From: an uncultured bacterium
GTDB lineage: Bacteria > DUMJ01
Length of the DNA stretch: 64,000 nt
Assembly (NCBI GenBank): GCA_937958695.1
Contig: CALGNK010000017.1
Span: forward strand, 8,225 to 72,224
Reading direction: 5' to 3'
The notes under the pieces were generated by a model. It made no database searches. It saw nothing but the letters and a program-made list of their open reading frames with translations, and was not told where the DNA came from. A program made the position numbers and the translations under genes. Of the stretch, positions 49,505 to 58,438 are shown piece after piece (position 1 is the first letter of the stretch; the number at the start of each line of letters is the position of its first letter).

Positions 49505-50671
49505 TTGATGAAGAGAAATATCAAAACCAATATAGAACATTACGGAGAGGATTACCAGAGATTTTTAGGTGCTATTGCTCCACCAATATTTGAGGCATCA
49601 AACTTTGCCTTCTCTTCTTATGAAGAACTAGAAGAGCATCATAAAGGGAAAATAGACAAGTTTGTATATACTAGGGGTGGAAATCCTACTATTAAGCTCC
49701 TAGAAGATAAGATTGCCATGTTGGAAAAAGGGGAAGAATGTAGAGCTTTCTCTTCAGGGATGGGGGCTATAACTTCTAGTATACTATCTTTAGTAAAATC
49801 AGGAGACCATATAATATGTCTAAGAGGAATATATGGCCCTACTTATAACTTTATCTATAATTACCTAAAGAGATTCGATATCTCTTCAACATTTGTAGAT
49901 GGAAGAAATCCGATGGATATAAAATCTGCCATAAAACCTAACACTAAACTTATATATCTAGAAAGTCCAAATACCTTTCTGTTTGAAGTTTTTGATCTAA
50001 GGGCTATAGCCAATATAGCAAAAGAAAATGGTATATATACAGTAATAGACAACACATGGGCTACTCCATATTTTCAAAATCCTATAGATTTTGGGATAGA
50101 TATAGTAGTTCATTCTGCTAGTAAATATCTTGGTGGACATAGTGATGTTGTTGCAGGGGTGGTTGTAACAAATAAAAGATTAATAGAAAGTATAAATAAA
50201 AATCTTCATCTACTTGGAGGAATAATAGGACCTTTTGAAGCATGGTTGATTCTAAGAGGTTTAAGGTCCTTACCGGCTAGGATGGAATTGCATCAAAGTA
50301 ATGCTATAAAGATAGCTGAATTTTTGAGTGAACATCCAAGAGTAATAAAAGTAAACTATCCTGGACTTAAGACAAATCCATATTATCAATTGGCCATTTC
50401 ACAGATGAGAGGTTTTAGCGGTTTGATGAGTTTTGAGATAGAGGGAGGAGAAAGGGAACTGAAAAGGTTTATAAATAGTTTAAAGATCTTTACTATAGCA
50501 GTAAGCTGGGGAGGGTATGAAAGTTTGGTGATACCTGGGAAACATGTATTTAAAGATAGAGTCGATGTGATAGATCCGTCTACTAATTTGATAAGAATCT
50601 CAGTAGGATTAGAAGATGCAGATGACTTAATAACAGACTTAGATAATGCATTAAAGATTGCGTTTAGCTAA
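49505..50671 (+). CDS. PLP trans-sulfuration enzyme family (cystathionine gamma-synthase / C-S lyase-like)
   Basis: YTRGGNPT, SSGMGAI, LESP, DNTWATP, HSASKYLGGHSD, SWGG.ESL, RISVGLE. Confidence 0.88.
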   Translation: MMKRNIKTNIEHYGEDYQRFLGAIAPPIFEASNFAFSSYEELEEHHKGKIDKFVYTRGGNPTIKLLEDKIAMLEKGEECRAFSSGMGAITSSILSLVKSGDHIICLRGIYGPTYNFIYNYLKRFDISSTFVDGRNPMDIKSAIKPNTKLIYLESPNTFLFEVFDLRAIANIAKENGIYTVIDNTWATPYFQNPIDFGIDIVVHSASKYLGGHSDVVAGVVVTNKRLIESINKNLHLLGGIIGPFEAWLILRGLRSLPARMELHQSNAIKIAEFLSEHPRVIKVNYPGLKTNPYYQLAISQMRGFSGLMSFEIEGGERELKRFINSLKIFTIAVSWGGYESLVIPGKHVFKDRVDVIDPSTNLIRISVGLEDADDLITDLDNALKIAFS

Positions 50672-50798
50672 TTAGAGTTTTAGTTTCTATAGGAAATAGA
50701 TTCCAGATCCATTTTTGTAGTAGAGTTATTTTGATATAATGAATATCAAAGTAGTTTTTTGATGGATTATAAATTTTAATTAAGGAGGTTAGAGAAAG

Positions 50799-52715
50799 AT
50801 GAAAAGATTGCTAGTATTTTTGCTTGTCTTTAGTTTACTGTCAAGTGTAATGTTTAGTTTCAATTCTATTTCTTTTGCTCAGAAAAAGTACAGTGAAGCT
50901 CCAATGCTGGCAGAATTGGTAAGGCAGGGTAAGCTTCCACCTGTAGAAAAAAGAATTCCTGAGAATCCTTTTATAGTTGGTCCAGGCGTATTAATAACTA
51001 GGACAGATCTTCCCGATTGGAAAGTGGGTAGATATGGAGGAACAATAAGAACTGCTCATTCTGTGGCGGATTGGGCTCCAGATATATTTGTTATGAACAA
51101 TGAGCATCTACTTAGTACACCTGGAATTGGTCTTGGAAAGCTTTGGGATCCTCCAACTATTCGTGGCGGTATTAGGGGAAATATCGTAGAAAGTTTTGAT
51201 GTTAAAGAGAGTAGAATCTTTACATTCAAGTTAAGAAAGGGGCTAAAATGGTCTGATGGACAACCAGTAACCACTGAAGACATTAGGTTCACTTATGAAG
51301 ATGTATTGATGAATGATAAGCTTACCCCTGTTTTCCCCGCCAGGTTTAGAGTTGGTAACAGTTTAAAAGGGGAGCCAATGAAATTAAACATAGTAGATGA
51401 GTATACCTTCCAGCTTATATTTCCTAAACCTTATGGAGCCTTCCTAGAGATTCTTACTGGTATAATAGGTTGGATGGGATATACTGATCTATTAAAGCCA
51501 GCTCATTATCTAAAGCAGTTCCATATAAAGTATACTCCTCTTGAAAAGCTAAAGCCATTATTAGAAAAAGAAGGCTTCAAAGACGAATGGTGGCAGTTAT
51601 TTAATCTTAAAGACTTTACCAACTGGGAACAAACTCAGGCAAAAAGCATCGGTTTTCCTGTACTTACCCCTTGGATGTTGGTGAAAGCCTCTGGCGGAGT
51701 GTATGAGTATGAGAGAAATCCATACTACTTTAAAGTAGATACAGCTGGAAATCAACTACCATATATAGATAGGATTGTTTCTACCCAAGTCCAAGACGTA
51801 GAAATGGTCAATATGAGAGTATTAACTGGAGATATAGATTTCCTAAGGGAAAGTGCTTCTCTAGTAAAGATTCCTCTCTATAAACAGAATGAAGAAAAGG
51901 GCGGATTTAGAACTGTTATATTAGACTTACATAATGATCCAAGTGCTGTATTTATAAATCTTACCTATAAAGATCAAATATGGCGTAAGATAGTGCAAGA
52001 TGTAAGATTTAGAAAGGCTATAAGTATGGCTATAAATCGTAAAGAGATTATAGACAGCGTTTACTATGGATTTGCCTCCTTCTCTGAAACTGTCCCCAGC
52101 TCTTATAATGTGAGTGAAGCTAACAAAATCTTAGATCAAGTTGGATTAGATAAAAAGGATTCCGAAGGATTTAGACTTAGACCAGATGGAAAAAGATTTG
52201 AAATGCTTATTGAATGTGGAGCCCAAGCTCCTGACCTCTTACCTGTAGGGGAACTTATTGTTGAACATCTTAAGGCTGTTGGTATAAAAGCGACATTGAA
52301 GAGAATAGACCCACAGTTATATGGCCAAAGATGGAGTGCTAACGAAATACAGGTTGGTCTTCTCTGGTGTCATGGTCCTGGAGAGGTCAATAGATACACA
52401 ACGGGTGCTATACGTGCTCCGGAGTGGACCAGATGGATTAATACTGATGGTAAAGAAGGCGAAGAACCACCCTTATGGATAAAAAAGGCGATTGAGATAG
52501 ATGCAAAGAGATGGCAAAGTATTACCGGTTCTGACGAATATGTAAAACTTTGGAGAGAAGGTATTGCTTGGCATAAACAATATTTGCCCCTTATTACCAT
52601 AGTAGAAAGGGCAAAACAACCCCTTATAGTTTCAGCTAAGATGAGGAATATTCCACGTTCTGGATTTGCTATTGCAGCTAACTTCTCTGCTGAACAGTTT
52701 TTCTATGAAAAGTAA
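50799..52715 (+). CDS. ABC transporter family-5 substrate-binding protein (oligosaccharide-type)
   Basis: Signal peptide, EAPMLAELV..GKLPPVE.R.P, LRKGLKWSDGQP, RNPYYFKVD..GNQLPYID. Confidence 0.9.
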   Translation: MKRLLVFLLVFSLLSSVMFSFNSISFAQKKYSEAPMLAELVRQGKLPPVEKRIPENPFIVGPGVLITRTDLPDWKVGRYGGTIRTAHSVADWAPDIFVMNNEHLLSTPGIGLGKLWDPPTIRGGIRGNIVESFDVKESRIFTFKLRKGLKWSDGQPVTTEDIRFTYEDVLMNDKLTPVFPARFRVGNSLKGEPMKLNIVDEYTFQLIFPKPYGAFLEILTGIIGWMGYTDLLKPAHYLKQFHIKYTPLEKLKPLLEKEGFKDEWWQLFNLKDFTNWEQTQAKSIGFPVLTPWMLVKASGGVYEYERNPYYFKVDTAGNQLPYIDRIVSTQVQDVEMVNMRVLTGDIDFLRESASLVKIPLYKQNEEKGGFRTVILDLHNDPSAVFINLTYKDQIWRKIVQDVRFRKAISMAINRKEIIDSVYYGFASFSETVPSSYNVSEANKILDQVGLDKKDSEGFRLRPDGKRFEMLIECGAQAPDLLPVGELIVEHLKAVGIKATLKRIDPQLYGQRWSANEIQVGLLWCHGPGEVNRYTTGAIRAPEWTRWINTDGKEGEEPPLWIKKAIEIDAKRWQSITGSDEYVKLWREGIAWHKQYLPLITIVERAKQPLIVSAKMRNIPRSGFAIAANFSAEQFFYEK

Positions 52716-52726
52716 GGAGGACTATA

Positions 52727-54076
52727 TTGAAGGTACTATTTATTGTAATAGATACACTAAGGGCAGACCATCTTAGTTGTTATGGCTATAAGTTTGAAAC
52801 TAGCCCTAATATAGATAGATTAGCTAATGGGGGAATTATATTTGATAATGCTATTGCTAATGGGATTCCTACATCACCTGGATTTACAACTATATTCACC
52901 GGACTGCATAGCATTACTCATAGAATAGTTTCACACGGTAGTCTAGATTTTATAGATGCTTCTACACCTCTTTTACCAGAGATCCTTAGAGATAATGGTT
53001 TTAGGACTTGTGCGGTAGATAATTTGTTTAATATAAAGCCTTACTTTGCAAGAGGATACGAGTATTATATAAATCCAAGGAGTAAGAACATACATCACAT
53101 AAGTGCAGAACAGATAAATGCTGAGGCAATAAGATGGCTTAAAGAGCATTATAGAGAGGATTTCTTTTTATTCATACACTATTGGGACTGTCACACCCCT
53201 TATCTACCACCAGAAGAGTATAGGACTATGTTTTATAAAGGTAGAGATCCATTTGATCCAGATAATCATAGTATGGACCAAGCAAAAGAACAGATTCCAT
53301 ATCCGTTTTTTAAAAAGTGGCACTATGACTTATTAGGTAACCCTACAGATGCTAAATACATAATATCCCATTATGATGGAGCTATAAGATATGTAGATCT
53401 TGCAGTTGGGGAAATACTAGAGACCTTCAAAAAACTTGATATATATGATGATACACTTATTGTGCTAACTGCAGACCATGGAGAAAATATGACTGAACAT
53501 AACTTCTTCTTTGACCATCAAGGGTTATATGAACCAACCATCCATATACCACTTGTCGTTAAGTTCGCAAAAGAGTCTTATTCAAATAGAATCAATCCTA
53601 TAGTTCAACATATGGACATAACACCTACTGTGTTAGATATCCTTGGCATAAGAACTAATAAACAGTTTGATGGAAAGTCTCTATTGCCTCTTATTAAGGG
53701 TGAGGTAGATAAAATCTATGATGAGGTAATATCTACCGAATGTACTTGGAGAGCTGGTGTATCTATAAGGACTGAAGATTGGAAATTAATAAAGACTATA
53801 GACCAAGGACTATACTCTACCCCTCCCATTGAGCTATTTAATCTAAAGGAAGACCCCGAGGAAAAGATAAATCTATATGAAAGAGAGAAAGATATTAGAG
53901 ATGGGCTTGAATTAAGATTATCTAGATGGCTTGATGACAAGTTAAAGAATAGACCTGATCCAATTAGAGTTCAAGCAGAAAAAGGTCTTCCGGCTAAGAG
54001 ATGGGTTGAAAATGTATTAAAAGATATGCATATAGATTGGGAGGATTGGATTTCAAATAGACAGAGATTCATATAG
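52727..54076 (+). CDS. Sulfatase-like alkaline phosphatase superfamily hydrolase (Thr at nucleophile position)
   Basis: IDTLRADH, PTSPGFTTIFTG, HYWDCHTPY, TADHGE, DHQGLY; TTG start after AAGGAGG. Confidence 0.85.
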   Translation: MKVLFIVIDTLRADHLSCYGYKFETSPNIDRLANGGIIFDNAIANGIPTSPGFTTIFTGLHSITHRIVSHGSLDFIDASTPLLPEILRDNGFRTCAVDNLFNIKPYFARGYEYYINPRSKNIHHISAEQINAEAIRWLKEHYREDFFLFIHYWDCHTPYLPPEEYRTMFYKGRDPFDPDNHSMDQAKEQIPYPFFKKWHYDLLGNPTDAKYIISHYDGAIRYVDLAVGEILETFKKLDIYDDTLIVLTADHGENMTEHNFFFDHQGLYEPTIHIPLVVKFAKESYSNRINPIVQHMDITPTVLDILGIRTNKQFDGKSLLPLIKGEVDKIYDEVISTECTWRAGVSIRTEDWKLIKTIDQGLYSTPPIELFNLKEDPEEKINLYEREKDIRDGLELRLSRWLDDKLKNRPDPIRVQAEKGLPAKRWVENVLKDMHIDWEDWISNRQRFI

Positions 54077-54102
54077 AGGGCAGGATCCCCTGCCCTCTAT
54101 AT
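54071..54102. terminator. Perfect 14-bp hairpin between convergent genes
   Basis: ATATAGAGGGCAGG-ATCC-CCTGCCCTCTATAT; no U-tract. Confidence 0.65.
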
Positions 54103-55104
54103 GTCATCTACACTTACTACTCTACCTGTATCTAAAGATCTAATTGCTGCCTCTATAACTATCTGTGCAGAAAGCCCTTCTTCCCCAGAACCATCAATTT
54201 CTTCCGGCTTAACCCCATCTAGTATCTCTCTGAGGAATGTATTGATCCTATCTCTAAATGTATCATTAAAATCTCGAAAACCTCCAAAGACAGGATTAGT
54301 ATAAACTCTTTTTTCTAAGTCTCCTGCCGGATATAAGACCGCTTCTCTCCACATATCTTCTATAACTAATCTTCCCTTAGTTCCAGCCACCTCACAACGT
54401 TCCATAGGATGGCCACGTTCTATATCATAACTACTAGTCAAATGTCCTACTGCTCCATTCTTGAATTTTACATTGATAGAAGCTGTGGACCAGATTGTTC
54501 TTCCAGGTGCTTTCATAGCAAAACATTGAACCTTTTCGATAGGTCCTCCCCAATACTGCATTATATTTACTGAATGTGGATTCAGCGCCTTAAGATGATA
54601 ATAGGGAGATTCAAAATCTTGGAACTTACCAATCCACAAAGACATATTTATAAAGAGAAGGTCTCCTATTCTACCTTCATCAAACCATCTCTTAGCTATT
54701 CTAAATGCGGGTGTAAACCTATGATTAAGATTTATTCCAAAACAGAGACTTTTCTCTTTTGCAAAAGCCACCATCTCTCTAGCCTTTGCTATATCGTTAC
54801 ATATAGGTTTTTCGCATAAAACATGGCATCCATAAGATAGAGCTAATATTGTAGGTTCATAATGGTCACTGCTATACTCATATCCACCAGTAGTAACGCT
54901 ACATACATCTGGAGATAGCTTCTCTAACATTTCTTTAGCATCTAAGAAATATGGAACTCCTAACCTCTTCCCTGCCCTTTCAGCCCTTTCTGGAATAATA
55001 TCACAAACCCCAACAAGTTCTGCATAGTCACTGGATTTATATACATCAGCATGAATATTACCAATAGGACCCATCCCTATGATGGCAACTCTTAACTTCC
55101 CCAT
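54097..55104 (-). CDS. Gfo/Idh/MocA oxidoreductase
   Basis: IGMGPIG, CEKP, NHRF, EVAGTKG. Confidence 0.88.
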   Translation of the reverse strand: MGKLRVAIIGMGPIGNIHADVYKSSDYAELVGVCDIIPERAERAGKRLGVPYFLDAKEMLEKLSPDVCSVTTGGYEYSSDHYEPTILALSYGCHVLCEKPICNDIAKAREMVAFAKEKSLCFGINLNHRFTPAFRIAKRWFDEGRIGDLLFINMSLWIGKFQDFESPYYHLKALNPHSVNIMQYWGGPIEKVQCFAMKAPGRTIWSTASINVKFKNGAVGHLTSSYDIERGHPMERCEVAGTKGRLVIEDMWREAVLYPAGDLEKRVYTNPVFGGFRDFNDTFRDRINTFLREILDGVKPEEIDGSGEEGLSAQIVIEAAIRSLDTGRVVSVDDI

Positions 55105-55114
55105 ATTTCCACCT

Positions 55115-56521
55115 TTACTGTCCTTTCTTTGCCTTTTCCTCCAATAGTGCCTGTATCCTTTTGGCTGCCTCTGGTGAACCTATATGTAATGTATCATAAG
55201 CTTCTTGAGAAGACTTAAATGGCCCTTTACCTTCGATTCCGTGCCAATCTAAGTTAGTGTATATAGGATTTGGTCTTCCTGTTTCATCTTCTCTTTTCTT
55301 TATATGATCCTGCATCCTAGCTTCTAAAAACTTTACTACCTCAGGTTCTTCCTCTGCAAGGTTATGATTCTCTTCTGGATCTTTTATAAGATTGTAGAGT
55401 TCTATCTCTGGTTTAAAGTGGAAGTCGGGTTCAAGGGCATGAATTAACTTCCATTCTGGGGTCCGCCACCCATGTTTACGCATCCAGGTACACTCTGTTA
55501 TATAGAATTCTGGTTCCTGTTTTATCTTTTTCCCTTCCATAAGAGGAACTAGGTCTCTGCCGTCAAATTTTATATCAGCGTCTATCCCTAAAAGATCTAG
55601 AATTGTGGGCATTATATCTTTTAACTGTGTATAATCAGTAAAAATCTTACCTTTAGGGACCTTCTTTGAAAATTTAAATATGAGAGGAACCCTTAAGGTA
55701 CATTCATAGAGTCCATGATGGTCAAAGTAGCAATCATGGTCATAGAGTGTTTCTCCATGGTCAGAGGTAACAATAACTAATGTATTGTCCTCTATTCCTA
55801 GATATTCAATAGTGGTGAATATATTTTTAATACAGGCATCCATATAAGCTATAGCTCCATCATACTGAGCTATAATGTAGTCCTTATCTGTACAGCCAGG
55901 AGGAAACCATGTTAAGAAGTAATCTCGGAAAGGTTTGAATTCATATACAGGTTTTAAAGATTCATTATTAGGATCGAATTCGTCACCATCATAGAACATC
56001 CTTTCAAAAGGACTTGGTGGTAGATAAGGAGAATGTGGGTCCATATGTCTTAAAAATAGAAAGAAAGGTTGTGCTTCTTTGGCTAATCTTTTTAATTCTG
56101 GGATAGCTACTGCATTTAGATTTTCCGCTTTATGGCTTCTTCCCTCAGCCCAAGAACCCCAACCTTCGTATTGTAAGTAATTGTGAAAACCTCTAGATGC
56201 GGGATTTCCTTTAAATCCTACACAGGTTGTAGTATATCCATACCGTGCTAATATTTCTGGTAGTGTGACAACTCCTTCAGCTAAGTCTCCTTTGTGTCTA
56301 AGAGCAACAACATTAGTGCCGAAAACATCTAACCCTGTTAACATATTGGCATATCCAGAAGTTGTAGGAATATGAGGGCTGAATGTATATAGAAAAGTTG
56401 TCCCTTCTTTGGCAAATTTGTCGATATGAGGAGTAGTTAATTTGTGGTAGCCATAGAGACTCATATGGTCCGCTCTTAGACTATCTATCCCTATAAGTAT
56501 AAGATTAGGTCTATCTGACAT
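55115..56521 (-). CDS. Sulfatase-like alkaline phosphatase superfamily hydrolase (Thr at nucleophile position)
   Basis: IDSLRADH, PTTSGYANMLTG, HMDPHSPY, TSDHGE, DHHGLY. Confidence 0.85.
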   Translation of the reverse strand: MSDRPNLILIGIDSLRADHMSLYGYHKLTTPHIDKFAKEGTTFLYTFSPHIPTTSGYANMLTGLDVFGTNVVALRHKGDLAEGVVTLPEILARYGYTTTCVGFKGNPASRGFHNYLQYEGWGSWAEGRSHKAENLNAVAIPELKRLAKEAQPFFLFLRHMDPHSPYLPPSPFERMFYDGDEFDPNNESLKPVYEFKPFRDYFLTWFPPGCTDKDYIIAQYDGAIAYMDACIKNIFTTIEYLGIEDNTLVIVTSDHGETLYDHDCYFDHHGLYECTLRVPLIFKFSKKVPKGKIFTDYTQLKDIMPTILDLLGIDADIKFDGRDLVPLMEGKKIKQEPEFYITECTWMRKHGWRTPEWKLIHALEPDFHFKPEIELYNLIKDPEENHNLAEEEPEVVKFLEARMQDHIKKREDETGRPNPIYTNLDWHGIEGKGPFKSSQEAYDTLHIGSPEAAKRIQALLEEKAKKGQ

Positions 56522-56530
56522 ATTAACCTC

Positions 56531-57331
56531 CTATCTCACTCCTATATATTTGAATATTGCATTTAGGTATCCATAACTTTCAGAGGCTATAGCTACTACT
56601 TCAGGTAGAGGTAATTGTAAAGCTCCTATTACTTCTAGACATATAGGTCCAGAATAGCCTCCATCGACTAGATTTTTACAAAAAGCCATAAGATTTATAT
56701 CTCCTCTACCACAAACCTGCATGAAGGGAGATCCAGGTCCTGAAGTCCTACCTTTACAATCCCTTATATGTATGTGTCTTACCCTTGGAAGTACTTTTAG
56801 AACCGCATCCTCTGGATTTTCCCCAGACCTATATATATGACTTGGGTCCATATCTATACCAAAGGATTTAGAGTCTATCTTGCTCATCGCATAGAGTGTG
56901 GTTGGAGTATTATATATGGCACTGCCAACATGAGCCTTCACACAGAGAATTACTCCATAATCTTTTGCCTTTTCTGACATCTTCTTAAGCTTTGTTATAG
57001 AATTTTCTAAATCTTCAGGGACATCAGATTTCCCGCCAGGACCGACATTTACAATAGGAATTCCTAACTCAGCACTAGCCTCAAAGGCTTTAATAAGTCT
57101 ATCCTCATCTAAAGATGCTACTTCCATAGAAAGTATCTTTAGTCCATTCTCTTCTACTATGCGTTTTATCTCGTCTTTTTGTTCTCTCCAGCTATCTAGC
57201 ACAAGGTGTTCACACATCCCCTTTATAGCGGATATCTCTACCCCATCATAACCGGCTAACTTTATATATCTACATGCGGTAGCAAAATCAAAACCACCAA
57301 AGAGTACTGAATTTACACCTAATTCTATCAT
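56531..57331 (-). CDS. Xylose isomerase-like TIM barrel protein (AP_endonuc_2)
   Basis: GYDGVEI, KAH, DPSH, HIHIRD, G.GDI, LE; start ATG 57331 or TTG 57343. Confidence 0.82.
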   Translation of the reverse strand: MIELGVNSVLFGGFDFATACRYIKLAGYDGVEISAIKGMCEHLVLDSWREQKDEIKRIVEENGLKILSMEVASLDEDRLIKAFEASAELGIPIVNVGPGGKSDVPEDLENSITKLKKMSEKAKDYGVILCVKAHVGSAIYNTPTTLYAMSKIDSKSFGIDMDPSHIYRSGENPEDAVLKVLPRVRHIHIRDCKGRTSGPGSPFMQVCGRGDINLMAFCKNLVDGGYSGPICLEVIGALQLPLPEVVAIASESYGYLNAIFKYIGVR

Positions 57332-57332
57332 A

Positions 57333-58337
57333 TTAAAATTCAACCTCCTCTACTTCAACTATGCTCCCGGTCTCCCAGGATTTTATAGCTGCTTCTATTA
57401 TGAGTTGGGCTTTTAATCCATCAAGACCAGAGCCATCTATCTCTTCATAGCTCGCCCCACTAGAAAGTTGATCTATCCAAACACCAATCCTATCTTTAAA
57501 TGTCTCACTAAAAGACCTCATACCACCAAGGTAGTTATAGGTCTCAGACTCTATGCTAAACCTATTATAGAAGTGTAGATGTTCACATGCCTCTTCTAAG
57601 ACAAATCTCCCCTTTGAACCTACCACTTCACAACGTTCAAGCCCAAAAGCACCACCAGCATCATAACTACCTGTAAGTGTCCCTATTACTCCATTTTTAA
57701 ATTCGAGTAATACCTGTGTATTTGACCATATAGTCCTGCCTTCTCCTTTTTTCATAAAAGCTACAACTCTTTTAACATCTCCACAGAAATATCTCATCAC
57801 ATCAAAAGAATGTGGATGAAGAGCCCTCAAATGAAACCAGGGAGAAGACTCATTAGGATTATTAATCCACATACGCATATTAATCATATTTATAGAACCA
57901 AGTCTTCCTTCTTCGACCCATTGCTTTGCCCTTCTAGCAGCAGGAGTAAATCTATGATTTAGGTTTATAGCATAAGGAATCTTCTTTTTTCTAGCCAATG
58001 CTACCATCTGTTTTGCCTCTTCTATATTGTTTGATATTGGTTTCTCTCCCAATACTGCTATGCCAGCCTCAAGCAATTCCATCGTAGGGATAAAGTGATC
58101 TCCACCGTTCTCTTTCCCAGCAGTAGTTACACTACATGCATCTAAATGAATTCCACTGGCTAGCATCTCTTTTACACTATAAAATGCCTTAGCCCCATAC
58201 CTTTCTGCTGCCCTATCTGCTCTCTCCTTAATGATGTCGCATACAGCTACAAGCTCAACCTTTGGATTTTCCTTGTAGACCTGAGCATGGATATTACCTA
58301 TATTTCCCATCCCAACTATACCAATTTTTAATGTCAT
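57333..58337 (-). CDS. Gfo/Idh/MocA oxidoreductase
   Basis: VGMGNIG, GEKP, NHRF, EVVGSKG. Confidence 0.88.
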   Translation of the reverse strand: MTLKIGIVGMGNIGNIHAQVYKENPKVELVAVCDIIKERADRAAERYGAKAFYSVKEMLASGIHLDACSVTTAGKENGGDHFIPTMELLEAGIAVLGEKPISNNIEEAKQMVALARKKKIPYAINLNHRFTPAARRAKQWVEEGRLGSINMINMRMWINNPNESSPWFHLRALHPHSFDVMRYFCGDVKRVVAFMKKGEGRTIWSNTQVLLEFKNGVIGTLTGSYDAGGAFGLERCEVVGSKGRFVLEEACEHLHFYNRFSIESETYNYLGGMRSFSETFKDRIGVWIDQLSSGASYEEIDGSGLDGLKAQLIIEAAIKSWETGSIVEVEEVEF

Positions 58338-58371
58338 AAACTTTCCCTCCTTTTATGTAAGGTTTAAAAAT

Positions 58372-58417
58372 TAAAAACCCCCTTACAGGTTATGTCTTCT
58401 TTCTACCTGCAAGGGAG
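58372..58417 (-). terminator. Intercistronic terminator or stabilising hairpin after the SBP gene
   Basis: Minus: CTCCCTTGCAGGT...ACCTGTAAGGGGG-TTTTT. Confidence 0.65.
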
Positions 58418-58438
58418 CTATGAAACATAAATCTACTC

